This document shows positions 7,145 through 19,300 of a DNA stretch of 28,673 nucleotides, one piece after another. Below the pieces are notes generated by a model. That model made no database searches, was not told where the DNA came from, and saw only the letters and a program-made list of their open reading frames with translations. Each line of letters starts with the position of its first letter. The stretch's first letter is position 1. A program made the position numbers and the translations under genes. Source of the DNA: a virus (Duplodnaviria; Caudoviricetes); the IMG/VR virus record IMGVR_UViG_3300044513_002633, positions 1 through 28,673 of that record, one strand, 5' to 3'.

Positions 7145-10100
7145 TTAAATGGTTGCAATAACTCTGAAATCTCTAATCTTAGGCACAAATGCTGAATTAG
7201 TACCAGACATCAGAATTTTTATTTGGAATCCATTAAATTGTGGTAAATTAGATGCTGTAAATTCATAAGAGTTGAAGTTGTCTTCAGCTATAGAATTTGC
7301 AACTCTCTTATCTGGTCTTCCATTATTATTGGATTGGTTAATAACCTGAGAGTTTGCATCCAAATTATCATATCCTGGGAACAACTGCCAAAGTTGAGCT
7401 TGTTGTGGAGTGTCTGATCTGAAAATTCTATAACATAGTCTAATATCACTAGATGGATGTTTAAACGCATCAAGAAATACTTTCAAACTATCAGCAACTT
7501 TATCGAGAACAACAATATTACTTAGGTAGGTGGCAGCAGTAGGATCACTTGTTAATGAATTTACTCTCGAATCTGTTGCATAATTTGTAACTTTAGAATT
7601 AATTCTATTAGAGATAGTAATAAGATTAACTCTATCCAAATCAATCATTGGTGAAACTTTTTCATCATCTGTAGACATTGTAAATTCCATTGTGAAAGAT
7701 TTCTTACCTGGGAAATCGGCAAGATACGTTTCTTCATTTAATTGAGAAGCAATAATCCTTGGAGAAGAGAATTCTGTGTTTCCATTCAATGAAATATCAA
7801 CAAATCCTTGATCAACAAAAGAAGTCAAATTGCTATCGACAGAAGATCCACTGAATGTTCTTACTTTTGCAGATATAGACGTTTGTTGAGGCAACATTGT
7901 TGCGATATTTGGTCTAATGAGACTGAAAGGTATATTTTGAGTTGCCTTTGGTCCTTTTGGAGAATTACTCAAAGGAACAGTATCGTAAGATCCGCAAGAT
8001 TTGTCGGAGTTGAAATATAGAGCTGGATAACCAGCGCCATTTCCTGGAGTTCTATCGATACCGAGACCACCAGTATCACTCATATCAACCTTAATATAAT
8101 AGTAATCCAAATCAGTTGGATAAGTTACCAAATCAGTATCGGAGAAACTATGAGTTTTGTTTATTCTTCTGAGAGATACTCCATTCAATTCATACTTAAA
8201 GACTGGTGATTCGAGGGCATAACTTCCAGAAACTGTATTGTCAATGTTTCTGGTTATTCCAGTCAAACTATTCGTAGAAGTTACGATACCAGTATATTTG
8301 ATAACCTCATTATCAATTAGGATGTACCCAGGATTTACGGAAGAAACCGTTGCATTTTCAAAACTTGTAAATATTCCAACATTACTTACGACAATGCTAC
8401 CAGTCGAGGTGGAATTATAAGATGCTTTTAGAGTTTGTGGTCTTTGGTCTGGTTCTATACCAGTAAGTCTTACTTTATCAACCAAGGAATACATTCCATG
8501 ATTATTGTGACTTACTTTAAAGTGTAGTCCATCGGAAAGATCTGTTATGGTATTTACAGTCGCACCGGTAAGAAGTGATGTTCCACTTGTACCAACATAG
8601 AACAAACTATCAGTAGCATTTTGTACCAGATTTCCCTGAACTCTATCGACCAATAAAGAATTAAAGGAGGAAATTATACCAACGTTATTTGGAATAGCGA
8701 GTATTAAGTTAGTTCCAAGTCCATCAGTTTGAGTATAATTGACTTCAAGAGCATCTCCATATGCATATCCAGTTCCACCAATAGAAACTGTTGCAGCGAT
8801 TGCAACTCCATTATCAACACTCAAATTAACTTTTGCACCGAAACCATTACCAGTTATAGAAATTACATCCACATTGGAATATGTTTTAAATGTAGATGTA
8901 AATCCAATACCAGGTGAAGTAACTGATAATGTACTTCCAATTCCTATCGCTCCAACAACACTTCTTAGATTGGATCTAAAGACTGCGTTGTTACTTTGGA
9001 ATATTGGACTTCCAGGAGTTAAACCACTAACTTCTGCTGATGTCAAACTCTTCGCTAAACCAACCAAAGTTGATTTGGAAATTGTATCTAGTGGATTTGC
9101 TCTTAAAGTGACAATCTGATTATTACCAATATCCAACTTAGGATTATAGAATCTTACTGTGGAAGGTTCTGTAACAAACTTGGCTCTATAAAGAGTAAGT
9201 TTTAGATCTTCTAACTGGCTAGGATCCCATGTAGCACCATTCTGCGATTTAAAGAGGGAACCCAATAAAGGTTGTTGAGATACAACGACCTTCTGAGATT
9301 CTGGCAAATCTAATGTAGTTACATCTTCCTCTCCCATCCTCGATACCCATACTTTATATTCATTTGATGCAGAGAGAAGAACTACACAGTATGAATTTCC
9401 GGTCTCAAGATATACTGGAGATGGGAAAGTAAATGTTGTTGATACCTTACCATCATCAGATATGTTAACCTGGCTTGGATCTAAAATTACTTCACCGAAA
9501 GGAATAATAGTTGTTGTAGGTAATCCAGTTTGCATGGTTCTGATTTGCATAGTAACTGGCAAATCATTAGTATCTTTTGCCTGGAAGAATACATCACACT
9601 TGGTTATGAATACACCATTTTCATCTGGAACTTCAAACGATTGTGCAAGAGGATCAACCCATCTTGATTGAGTAACAGTACGGTTTGCAAATGCAGTTCC
9701 GGCTTGAAGTGATGTACCTTGACTTGTTAGGGTTCTTTCTTCAGAACGATTTAGTCTTTCAACATCTGCATTTCTAGTTCTTAAAGTAACTTCTTCAGTG
9801 TTGTTTAGTGTTCCGGATGATGTAAACTTGGCATCTGCAGTACTATCTGTAGAACCAACGATAGTCGCATTAGTTGAACTTGTTGTAAGAACAAAGGTCT
9901 TAGTTCCAGTTTCAAATGAAGGAGTAGATTGTAACTTAGAGTCTGGAATGAAAAGCGATCCAATCAAAGTACCGGAAGAATCTGTAATGAGTCTCAAATT
10001 AGTAACTCTTGCAATCGCTTTGGAAGTCTCTCCTTTCAATTGCATATTTTTAACAATATGTCCATAATATCCAGAATTAGATTGCAATTCTAGAGATGCT

Positions 10101-13100
10101 GTATCAGCATTCAATATAGAAGATGTTGTAGAATATGACGCTGGGATTGTTTGATTTGGTTTGTACGGATTTGATGTATAGATTTGAGTTGCATTATTAT
10201 ATGCTCCATACTTATGATTTGGTGAAGCTAATCTGAATCTAATAGAAGTAGTACCAACAGTACCCGTTACTGTTTCTCCAACTTGGAATGCACCACTCTT
10301 CATTTCAATCTCAATGAGTTTTGGAACGACATATTTGATCATGTCAACATCATCAAAGAATGGATATAGTTGTGTTTTTGGCTTCAATCTTCTAGATATA
10401 AATTCAATATTTCTAGATCTCATAACATGAATAACTTCAGTTGATACTACAAATGTACCAAGATTTGCGCTGTCATATCTTTCAGCTACTTTATATTGAA
10501 TACCTTGTCTAGCTTGTTTTGTTGTAGTTAATGTAGTTACATTTTGGAATGTAGTATATTGGTCCCTAAAAGTTGTTCTTGTTGTAATGGGAATTCCTCT
10601 TCCCTGTTGGAATCCACCTCTACTTTCACTTCTGCCGATTACTTGTGATCCAACATGGATTCTTCCCATGTTCTGTCTGGCAATAACTCTTGATCCAGTC
10701 CAGGTAGTTTCCCAAGCACCCCAATCAATTGGAGACATTCCAGTATTACTATCAACACCTAGTTGTTGAATTGTAGTTGAATAATTTCCCTCTTGATCTA
10801 CAGTTCTCTTAGTTCCCTTAGTTTCCACCCAAGTGTCTGTAGCTGGATTTAATTCTATTTGACCAATCCAATTTACAACAGCGAATGGATTAACATTTTC
10901 AATTCTAGTTGCAAAAGTATTCTTAAGGAATTCTACATGACTATATTTTAAACAAACAACATCACCAACTTTAACTGTATTTGGGCTACCTAAATCTTTG
11001 ACAAATCTTAGATCTGCATCTGGATTGGAAGAATTAGAAGCACCAATAACAGCTTCAGATCCAAGGAGAAGATCTATAGAAGTAGTATAGTGTTGTGGTC
11101 TAAGTAAACCATCTGTGGTATCAATACTACACTTATGTTGTGGATCTCCCAAAGCTCCAGTTTGAACAGATTTAAAGTTATCTACCAAGAAACCACACTT
11201 AAATCTATCCAGTTGAGTTTGGGAATCTCTTACTTTCAAATTCTTAGTATCAGTTTCTAGTAGAGAAAGTGAAGTATAATATTCAACGTTTCTCAATCTA
11301 TCTTCCAATCTAGCAATATCTTGCATTCTATAACGTTTATGTGGAGATAATTGTACCGTTACATCATCTACATTATAAACATAAGGTCTCATAGTGATTG
11401 TAGCTACTTCAAGAGAGTTTTCAACACCTGATGGCTCAACTGGAGATAAAGATGGAACTCCTTTAGATATAAAGAATTCTCCATATCTATTAAGGTATAA
11501 TTTGTCTGTCCTTGCAAGATAGTAATTATAAGATAGGAATAAGTTCTTATCTTTAGCAAAATTATATGGACTGGAATTTGTTGCAGAAACAAATTGTCTT
11601 GCATTAAATTCAAATGGAGAATATGGGGTTACTGAACTATCATATGGACTAACCCTAGGTCTGAGGTCAATAATATCACTTCCTCTATAAATTCCGATTT
11701 GAGGTAGATCTGTAGAATATCTATCGTTATCATAGGAATTAACAGTTACAAAATCTCCATCATCATTAGCATCTATGTAATAGTGATTGTATACAATCTT
11801 TAGTCTTCTAGATGGTGGAGTAACTCCAGTTTTTCTTCTTATTGATGAAAAATCGGCTATTTCAACAGTTTGACCACTATCAAAGATAAAGTCATTGATT
11901 ATATTTCTATCACCTTCTATTAGTAAACTTATCTCTGCACTAACATTCGATTCGTACAAACGAATTCTCTCACCTGTTTGGAAAGTGTTTTCATTTGTAT
12001 ATACAAACTCCAGTTGGTTTGTTCCATTAGTCGCAACAAACATTGCCATGGCATTACTAGTTTCGCCATAAATTATCTCACCTTTAATAGCGTTTAGAAT
12101 ATTTGCATTTAAGTCAACAAGTTCTAATTTTGGCAAATCAGCATCATTTCCGTCTGAGGACTCAAAAATACCAGCAACATAAGCTACATCGGGGACATTG
12201 AGAGATATTCTTTCATCTTGAACTCTAGTTCCATAATATGGACTATATGTTAGTCCATCGGAAATAGTAGTACTTCCTATTCCAGAAGAGGTCTTACTAG
12301 AATTTGCAATCGTTAAAACAGCGCACCTATTATAGGTTTTCTTTCTGGACTTTAATCTTTTCTTTTTCAAAGTAGCTGTCAAAGTTGCGGCGCCATTTTG
12401 ACTCAAATTAGTGAGAGTCAAAGTTCTTCCAGAACTAATTGAAAACTGACCTGCGGTTAGAGTTTCAATGGTTCCATCACTAAAAACTAAAGAATAATCT
12501 TCTTCATCAAATGGCTCTAGTGTAATATCAGTATCACTTTCTAGAGTTGATGTTAAACCGTTTGAGGCAACAGTGACTGAATATGATTTTCTGAAAATTA
12601 TTTCTCCCTCAGATACATCAACACTGGCAATATTAGAATTTTCTAGTTCTGCAAAATAATAAGCTTCTCTAGTGTTTACCAGTGCAGAAATTCCTTTTAA
12701 TAAATCACTTGTTTCTACCTCACTGGTTGGCAAAGAACCAATACTGACGCCAGAAACGTTAGTAGTAGCCTCAATCTTTATGGATTTTCCAGAAGCATTT
12801 ACTTCAGTTACTCTATTATAAGTTGGCAAAACTTGTCCAGCTTTTGTATAAACAAAAATATCACCAGTGTTAATTCCAACTCCAAAAGTGGAAACAGATG
12901 ATGTTACTGTACTTATTCCACCAGAATTAGCAGAAATAGTATATTCTGAATTTTGAGGGCCGAGTAGAATACCTTGATTAATTATAGTATCAGCAGTAAA
13001 AGCTGTAGTCGCTCCAACATAACCAACAAACTGTCTCACATCACCAAGACTATAATCTCGAACTGCAGTAATAGTTCTAGAAACATTTTCGCCATCAATT

Positions 13101-14668
13101 TGCAGTTGTTCGCCAACCGTGAAATTTCCTACAGCTTGATATAATACTAACTGATTACTATTGGTTACATCGGAAACCAAGTATCCAGATGCAGAACTAT
13201 TTTTACCTTCAACAAAAGCAGGTGCTGTTAAAGATATGGTTGTATTTAATTGTATATAAGTATATGTCTGTAAATCAAAACAAGAGGATTCAAAAATAGT
13301 ACTTGCATCTTGATATTCTGCATTTTTTAATTTTAGATCATACACTCTACCAATTCCAATCGGAATTCCTGCAGGAAGTCCAGGAGTTACAGTTCTTTCA
13401 GAATATAAGGTTACTTGACTACTAACACCAAACCCAACTGGTAACGTTCCATATACATTATTAAGTTCTACCTGATTCCCAAGACTGAAAGGAACTGTTG
13501 TATCTTTAACGGTTTCAGTTGTTCTTGGCTTTTCTAAATCGGCATTTATTGTTATAAGAGTCTCTACTTCATATCCCTTTACGTAAGCTTTTCCTGGAGA
13601 TATTTGTAGGGCCAATAAATCATTGGACGGAGTATTCCCCTCTCTTGTTAACTGGCCTGGATTATATACGCCATTATTTCCTATTCTATCATTTAAAGAT
13701 TCTTTAGCAATTACTCGAAATGGTTTTACATAATAATCGCCAGATTCTTCATTAGTTCTTCTTGCTAACTCGTCTGTTATTAAAGTAGATACTTGTTCTT
13801 TCTTTGGAACTTTCTTAATAATTCCATTTTCAATTCTAACTAACTCAACAAAATTTTCGTCATTAAAGTCTGTTAGTGATTTCTTTATTAAGGTAGCAGT
13901 TATTCTTAGTCTATCTGCACCTGGAGCAGCAAAGTTAGAAAATCCTCTTGCATTATCAAATAAGTCTTGATTTGATTGAGATGGTACAGCAATATCCTCA
14001 AAAATAGATAGACCAACTCTATAATTAGGGAGATTAGTATATTGATCTAATATTACTGCCTGAGGAAAGACATCTACAAAAAATCCTCTTATGAAATATA
14101 CACCTTCTTCAATTTTGATCGCAGATCCAGTAGCAGTAGAACCTTCAATGATTGTAGTAGCAAATGAAGATTCAGTTCTAATGACCCCTAAACCATAATC
14201 AACATTATCTAAGACGATAAGATTTTCACCGTCTACAAATGTTTTACCAGTGAAATCAGTTTCACTTGCACTTTGGTACTTTATGTATAAAGTATAATTA
14301 TCTCTTTCAGACTCATCACTAGTAATATATCTTTCAACTTTAGCAAAAACTCCACTTGTCTCGCCTTTAATTCTTTTTCCTATCAAATATTGAATATATG
14401 TAGATACTGGAATTCCCAAGTGAGTTGGGTCAATTTGAACACAGGTATACTCAGAATCATAAGCAGTATTTCCTGGAATTACTACTTGACCCTCTTTAAA
14501 AAAGTGTTTACCAAATTTTTCAACTTGATTTTGAAGAATTGACTGAAGTGTTGTCAATTCTCTGGCTTGGATTGGAGTTCCTGGCTTAAATAAGACTCTT
14601 TGATAATTTTTAGTTACATCAAAATCGTCAAAATATGGGGATGTGTTTAGATTTGTATTTTGTGCCAT
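7145..14668 (-). CDS. vrlC: VrlC-like / DUF4815 virion (baseplate-associated) structural protein, 2507 aa
   Basis: N-terminus PYFDDFD..KNYQRVLFKPG.PIQARELTTLQSILQNQ, then RYRMQDIARLEDRLRNVEYYTSLSLLE, DPLAQSF and GSLFKSQNGATW. It sits directly after gp8 as in cyanomyoviruses. Confidence 0.9.
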   Translation of the reverse strand: MAQNTNLNTSPYFDDFDVTKNYQRVLFKPGTPIQARELTTLQSILQNQVEKFGKHFFKEGQVVIPGNTAYDSEYTCVQIDPTHLGIPVSTYIQYLIGKRIKGETSGVFAKVERYITSDESERDNYTLYIKYQSASETDFTGKTFVDGENLIVLDNVDYGLGVIRTESSFATTIIEGSTATGSAIKIEEGVYFIRGFFVDVFPQAVILDQYTNLPNYRVGLSIFEDIAVPSQSNQDLFDNARGFSNFAAPGADRLRITATLIKKSLTDFNDENFVELVRIENGIIKKVPKKEQVSTLITDELARRTNEESGDYYVKPFRVIAKESLNDRIGNNGVYNPGQLTREGNTPSNDLLALQISPGKAYVKGYEVETLITINADLEKPRTTETVKDTTVPFSLGNQVELNNVYGTLPVGFGVSSQVTLYSERTVTPGLPAGIPIGIGRVYDLKLKNAEYQDASTIFESSCFDLQTYTYIQLNTTISLTAPAFVEGKNSSASGYLVSDVTNSNQLVLYQAVGNFTVGEQLQIDGENVSRTITAVRDYSLGDVRQFVGYVGATTAFTADTIINQGILLGPQNSEYTISANSGGISTVTSSVSTFGVGINTGDIFVYTKAGQVLPTYNRVTEVNASGKSIKIEATTNVSGVSIGSLPTSEVETSDLLKGISALVNTREAYYFAELENSNIASVDVSEGEIIFRKSYSVTVASNGLTSTLESDTDITLEPFDEEDYSLVFSDGTIETLTAGQFSISSGRTLTLTNLSQNGAATLTATLKKKRLKSRKKTYNRCAVLTIANSSKTSSGIGSTTISDGLTYSPYYGTRVQDERISLNVPDVAYVAGIFESSDGNDADLPKLELVDLNANILNAIKGEIIYGETSNAMAMFVATNGTNQLEFVYTNENTFQTGERIRLYESNVSAEISLLIEGDRNIINDFIFDSGQTVEIADFSSIRRKTGVTPPSRRLKIVYNHYYIDANDDGDFVTVNSYDNDRYSTDLPQIGIYRGSDIIDLRPRVSPYDSSVTPYSPFEFNARQFVSATNSSPYNFAKDKNLFLSYNYYLARTDKLYLNRYGEFFISKGVPSLSPVEPSGVENSLEVATITMRPYVYNVDDVTVQLSPHKRYRMQDIARLEDRLRNVEYYTSLSLLETDTKNLKVRDSQTQLDRFKCGFLVDNFKSVQTGALGDPQHKCSIDTTDGLLRPQHYTTSIDLLLGSEAVIGASNSSNPDADLRFVKDLGSPNTVKVGDVVCLKYSHVEFLKNTFATRIENVNPFAVVNWIGQIELNPATDTWVETKGTKRTVDQEGNYSTTIQQLGVDSNTGMSPIDWGAWETTWTGSRVIARQNMGRIHVGSQVIGRSESRGGFQQGRGIPITTRTTFRDQYTTFQNVTTLTTTKQARQGIQYKVAERYDSANLGTFVVSTEVIHVMRSRNIEFISRRLKPKTQLYPFFDDVDMIKYVVPKLIEIEMKSGAFQVGETVTGTVGTTSIRFRLASPNHKYGAYNNATQIYTSNPYKPNQTIPASYSTTSSILNADTASLELQSNSGYYGHIVKNMQLKGETSKAIARVTNLRLITDSSGTLIGSLFIPDSKLQSTPSFETGTKTFVLTTSSTNATIVGSTDSTADAKFTSSGTLNNTEEVTLRTRNADVERLNRSEERTLTSQGTSLQAGTAFANRTVTQSRWVDPLAQSFEVPDENGVFITKCDVFFQAKDTNDLPVTMQIRTMQTGLPTTTIIPFGEVILDPSQVNISDDGKVSTTFTFPSPVYLETGNSYCVVLLSASNEYKVWVSRMGEEDVTTLDLPESQKVVVSQQPLLGSLFKSQNGATWDPSQLEDLKLTLYRAKFVTEPSTVRFYNPKLDIGNNQIVTLRANPLDTISKSTLVGLAKSLTSAEVSGLTPGSPIFQSNNAVFRSNLRSVVGAIGIGSTLSVTSPGIGFTSTFKTYSNVDVISITGNGFGAKVNLSVDNGVAIAATVSIGGTGYAYGDALEVNYTQTDGLGTNLILAIPNNVGIISSFNSLLVDRVQGNLVQNATDSLFYVGTSGTSLLTGATVNTITDLSDGLHFKVSHNNHGMYSLVDKVRLTGIEPDQRPQTLKASYNSTSTGSIVVSNVGIFTSFENATVSSVNPGYILIDNEVIKYTGIVTSTNSLTGITRNIDNTVSGSYALESPVFKYELNGVSLRRINKTHSFSDTDLVTYPTDLDYYYIKVDMSDTGGLGIDRTPGNGAGYPALYFNSDKSCGSYDTVPLSNSPKGPKATQNIPFSLIRPNIATMLPQQTSISAKVRTFSGSSVDSNLTSFVDQGFVDISLNGNTEFSSPRIIASQLNEETYLADFPGKKSFTMEFTMSTDDEKVSPMIDLDRVNLITISNRINSKVTNYATDSRVNSLTSDPTAATYLSNIVVLDKVADSLKVFLDAFKHPSSDIRLCYRIFRSDTPQQAQLWQLFPGYDNLDANSQVINQSNNNGRPDKRVANSIAEDNFNSYEFTASNLPQFNGFQIKILMSGTNSAFVPKIRDFRVIATI

Positions 14669-14674
14669 TTTTAT

Positions 14675-16270
14675 TTAAAACTCCAATACAATTTTAATGT
14701 CTTCCTTTTGGTTGGCAGATCTCGGAATAGGTTGTCTATTATCCAAGTAAATAACATCCCCAGATTTTTTGTTATACTCAGCAGTAGAAATCCCAGATAC
14801 GAAATCTTGACCTAACTGGTATATTCTATTATTTATTGTGGTAGTTACGCCACTAAATCCAGAGTTAATTGCTAAAGTTGGTCCAATAATAGATGAACAA
14901 TTAATGGTCAATCCATATCCGACATCTGGAGTTGCAGTAAATGGAATGATTTTAAATCCAGTTTCACTTGAAGCAAGTCCTGTTGGTTGATAGTATTTTA
15001 ATACTCCAGTTATTGGATCCCAGGACGCAACATATCCAATAGCAGTAGATCCCAAACCAACAGTTTGTTTGATGACAGAATCGACACCATAGGTCGTGTT
15101 TGTTGTAACACCCGCCAATTTCAATGCATTTAATCCACTAACAACCGAAGCATCTAAAACTTGAACATCACTACCGACAATGGTAGGATTCTTCAATATT
15201 CCTACCCTAGCAAAATCATTTCCCAAAATAATATCAGGATTGCTCTCTAAAGTTTCATATCTAGAATACAAGAGAACCCTATATGCACCAAGTTCTCTGT
15301 AAACATCATATCCATGTCCACCTTTTGGTGGAATAATAACATTAAATGATGATATGGACGTTGTGCCAATTCCAGTATTACTCAACTGACTTAATGGACC
15401 ATTGATATCCGAACCTGGAGCTCCAGGGTAGAATTGTATAGTTCCATAAGTGTATCCTTTACCGCCATCTGTAACGAAAATTTCAGATACTTTACCAAAA
15501 GAATCAATTGTAATGGTAGCCTTTCCACCAGTTCCATCGCCCAAAATTGGAACATTCGAGAAAGACGTAGAGATTGGCTGATAATTTGCACCTCTATTAT
15601 TGACTAGAACAACTTCTATTTTTCCATCAACCGCATTATTCTTTGTTGCGATTGACTCTCCAGATTCTCCCCAACTATCTGGAACCGGAATATACTCAAT
15701 AGAATCAAATTTTACAATCTCGGATGGTTTAATAGTATAAAGATATTTCCAAATATACCCGTCACCACTTGCACCCGCAGCTCTTGCCTCTAGATCAATA
15801 AACGTAGGTTGGTCAAAAGATGGTCTTCCTTTAGGATTTTCTGGATCAGTTCCGTTCTGCAAACAAACGTAAACTCTCAGGTCTTCATTTATAACATAAT
15901 AATTTGCTTCATAAAGTCCAGTCTGAGAAGTAACAGGAGTTACATTAAAAACATTATAGTCATGTCTATACATTTCATAAGTATTTCCAGCCACCCAATT
16001 TACTTTTCTAACCAATCTCCGTACATCTTGATTTGTTATCTGTTTCAAAGATATAATACTTTCTTTAACTTGGTACTCTTCCCTAAATCCATCAACAGGA
16101 GATGGAGTATTGGAAGACCAAGTTGGAGATCCACCAGCAGCCGAATCGTTGCTATTTGGAAGTCCGATGAAAGTATAATATTTGTTTGAAGTGTCACCTA
16201 CGCCAGAAACACTTTTGACAAAGTTTTCTGCATTCAGAATTCTGAATTGATCTGATATTATAGCGGGCAT
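14675..16270 (-). CDS. gp8: Baseplate wedge subunit gp8, 531 aa
   Basis: MPAIISDQFRILNAENFV, W..GNTYEMYRHDY, YYVIN...VYVCL.NG, DGYIWKYLYTI and C-terminal GDVIYLDNR..I.R...QKEDIKIVLEF are T4 gp8-family motifs. Confidence 0.93.
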   Translation of the reverse strand: MPAIISDQFRILNAENFVKSVSGVGDTSNKYYTFIGLPNSNDSAAGGSPTWSSNTPSPVDGFREEYQVKESIISLKQITNQDVRRLVRKVNWVAGNTYEMYRHDYNVFNVTPVTSQTGLYEANYYVINEDLRVYVCLQNGTDPENPKGRPSFDQPTFIDLEARAAGASGDGYIWKYLYTIKPSEIVKFDSIEYIPVPDSWGESGESIATKNNAVDGKIEVVLVNNRGANYQPISTSFSNVPILGDGTGGKATITIDSFGKVSEIFVTDGGKGYTYGTIQFYPGAPGSDINGPLSQLSNTGIGTTSISSFNVIIPPKGGHGYDVYRELGAYRVLLYSRYETLESNPDIILGNDFARVGILKNPTIVGSDVQVLDASVVSGLNALKLAGVTTNTTYGVDSVIKQTVGLGSTAIGYVASWDPITGVLKYYQPTGLASSETGFKIIPFTATPDVGYGLTINCSSIIGPTLAINSGFSGVTTTINNRIYQLGQDFVSGISTAEYNKKSGDVIYLDNRQPIPRSANQKEDIKIVLEF

Positions 16271-16289
16271 TGTTAACTATACTTTTTTT

Positions 16290-16297
16290 TATTTAGT
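16290..16297 (-). promoter_or_regulatory. Late promoter variant ACTAAATA upstream of gp8
   Basis: TAAATA core in the 33-nt intergenic gap, 20 nt before the gp8 ATG. Confidence 0.6.
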
Positions 16298-16303
16298 CAC
16301 CTT

Positions 16304-19300
16304 TTATTGACTAACTACATTTCTTGTTCTTAGAACTTTTGGAGATGTAGATAATCCCGTAATTCCATTGTCAACGAATACATCAAATGTTTTTGGATTA
16401 CCTAAGATTCTATTTTGATAATCATAGATTTTTGCCCAACTGTATCTTCCATAGAATCCACCGGTATTAACTCCAGTATCATTTTCACCTCTAGGCCAAA
16501 CCTGAACATAATTATCTATCATGGGAGCGAAATTACATGTTACTGTAACGATGCCAATCGAAGGCGCAGTAACATCTTCTACTCTATAAACCCCATCTAT
16601 GAATTGTGTAGCAACCCCGACAACGGAATCTGGATAACTTGCCATTCCTCCAAGAAGTGTTGAAATTCCAATCAAATTTCCACCAGTTTCAACATTACTA
16701 TCTGTAATAACAAAATAATCACCCTTAGCTAGTTGACTGTTAGTAACTCCTAAAACATTTAGTGAAGAATATCCAATACCTAAAGTACTATTATCATATT
16801 GTTCAGACTTCAAGGTAAAGGAAATTTTTGGAGAGGTTGTTCCAATTCCAGGTGTTCCACTAATATAGGTTTGAATGCCAATGATGGTTCCAAAATCACC
16901 AACAACTTTAAAGGATTTAACAGTTTCAGTCTTGTAAGTATCAAGTTCAATTATAGCTGGAGGTGGGTTATTTGGATCATAACCAAAACCAGGATTGTCA
17001 ACTTCTATAGAAGTAACAACTCCGTTGGTTACTGATGAAATTGCAGTAGCTCTATTGAGAACTGGTTCCGCATACATTGATGTAGCACCAACTCCAACAA
17101 TAACATACCTGCCGTCAGCACCAAGACTATCTTCGAATACAAAGTCATTTATATAATTGGATTGGTTTGTGGATCTATAAATCCAATCAGACAAATCAAA
17201 CGAGTAATACAAATCACCATTAGAAACGGTAGCGACGTAGAATCCATAACTATAATAAACATTGGTAATATCAAGGACTCCTAGATTATTTGAAATAATT
17301 TCATATGTATCTCTTGTGAGGTTGCGTAAAACCTTTCCGTTATTACCAACAGCCACAAATTTTCCATCAGCATAGATTACTTTATTCAAGTTGGTGGAAA
17401 CTGGAGAAGAGGCATTTTCCCAAATTGCACCATTATTGGAAGTTCTAATAACACCGTCTGCACCGACAGCAACAAAATATTCTGTACCAAATGCAACACT
17501 ATTAAGATCGGAAAGAGTAGAGGAGAATCTATTGATAAATGCGTCAGTAGTTACTCCAGTAGCAACAAATATAGATCCTGCAGCTCCAACAGCCACCCAA
17601 CTATCAGTAATACTAGAATATACAATTTGATTAAATGTTCCGGTGTATCCACTACCTACTTGATTGACAACACCAAATCCAGGAATAGCAACATCTTCCT
17701 TCAAAGGAATTTGTTCCCAAACCGAAGTGGAGGTATTGTAGTCTGTTGCTTTTACAATTTTACCAAGACTGCCAACAGAAACTAACAAGTTACTTGTACC
17801 AATACCAACCGACTCAATAGAATTAAAATCTATACTCTCAGTTTGACCAAAACCAACTGTTCCGAGTTGCCAATCTATTCCATCATAACTTGTTGCATAA
17901 ACGGCATTTGCTCCAACAGCAACGAATCTGTCATTGAATTTCACAGAATTTAATGAATATGTTGTGGTCAGACCAGTAGAACCTTTCCAATTGAAAATTG
18001 GGTCTTTCTGGATAATAGATGACTCAGAAATAATAACTTTCGGAGATGACGTATTTGCATATCCTACTCCACCAGTTGTAATATTAATAGTAGAAACTGT
18101 GGATGAAGTAGCAACAACAGTCTCAGCAAGACACTGTTCAACTGTTTTATTTTCTAAAATTAGAATGTCTCTAATATCTTCAGAAAGTTTGTCAATATCA
18201 GTAAAGAGTGGATATGCATTATCAACATAAATTGACGTATCATCTGGTTCAATTTTTTTAATTACTGTAGCAAAAGGCTTAACTCCACTTTGCAAACTTG
18301 GTCTAGACTTAGAATACAGAGTTCCATTGATGACCGTATCTTGAAGTTGTTTTTTCCAGGTCAATGGTCTTATTCTTGTTGGATCAGTAATAATACCAAC
18401 GGAATAATAATTGAAAGTTTCAAGTTGATCTGATGTAACAATTTTTTTAACAACTCTATCAAATTGAGAAATATCAAAAGGATCTAGAGGATTTTCTTGA
18501 ATCGTTATATTATCACCTGGTTTAATGGTTTTTGGTGGATCTACCAATTCAACGTCAGCAGAAGATCCTCTGTAGTAAAGGATAACGCACTTTGATCCAG
18601 CTTTTGGAGCCTCAGTGAAAGTTATTCTACTTCCAGAGAATGAATATGATGTACCAGGAACCTGAAGTACGTCATTAATGTATATGAAGATGTTATTAGT
18701 TATATCTAAATCAGTTCCATCTGGAACTTTAAGTCCTATAACAGTTCTTACACCATTGAGAGTAGTTGCAAGAGTAAACTTCTTCCTGAATCCATTAAAG
18801 AATGAAGAAATATCATCAAATTGTATGAACTGACCTGGATAGAAACCAGCAAATGTATCAGTTTGCACCTCTTCAACGGTCAATTCAAACTGATAGAATG
18901 GGGCAGAAGTTGGAATTCCAATTGGAGTAAGTTTATCCCCAACTTTATATCCAACTCCAGGTCTATCAAATTTATAACTGATGACACTGGATCCCATGCC
19001 AATTTGAATAGAAACTCTTGCATCCTGACCAACTCCAGAAGTTCCTCCAGTGTAACCAAGTGATAGAGCACTATATCCTGTTGGTATACCAATCACAGCG
19101 ATTGGAAGAGATGTTGTTGTATATCCACTTCCGGGATTTACGATTGTATATCCAGTAATTGTTCCAGCCGCACTAACAGTTGCAGTTATACTTGCTCCAG
19201 TTCCAATAGTAGATGCAATACTTACAACTGGAGCACTTCTATATCCAGAACCACCACCAGTTACAACTACATCACTAATAGTTCCCGCAGCAGAAACAAC

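Noticed and set aside
7141-7188. Track start at 7188 for the small coiled-coil gene
   Set aside because: It overlaps the vrlC 3' end; the ATG at 7140, just after the vrlC stop, is more plausible.
14672-14679. TTTAAATA late-promoter-like box between gp8 and vrlC
   Set aside because: It is only 3 nt from the vrlC ATG, so transcription would start at or inside the start codon, and it is largely formed by the TTT-TAA gene end.
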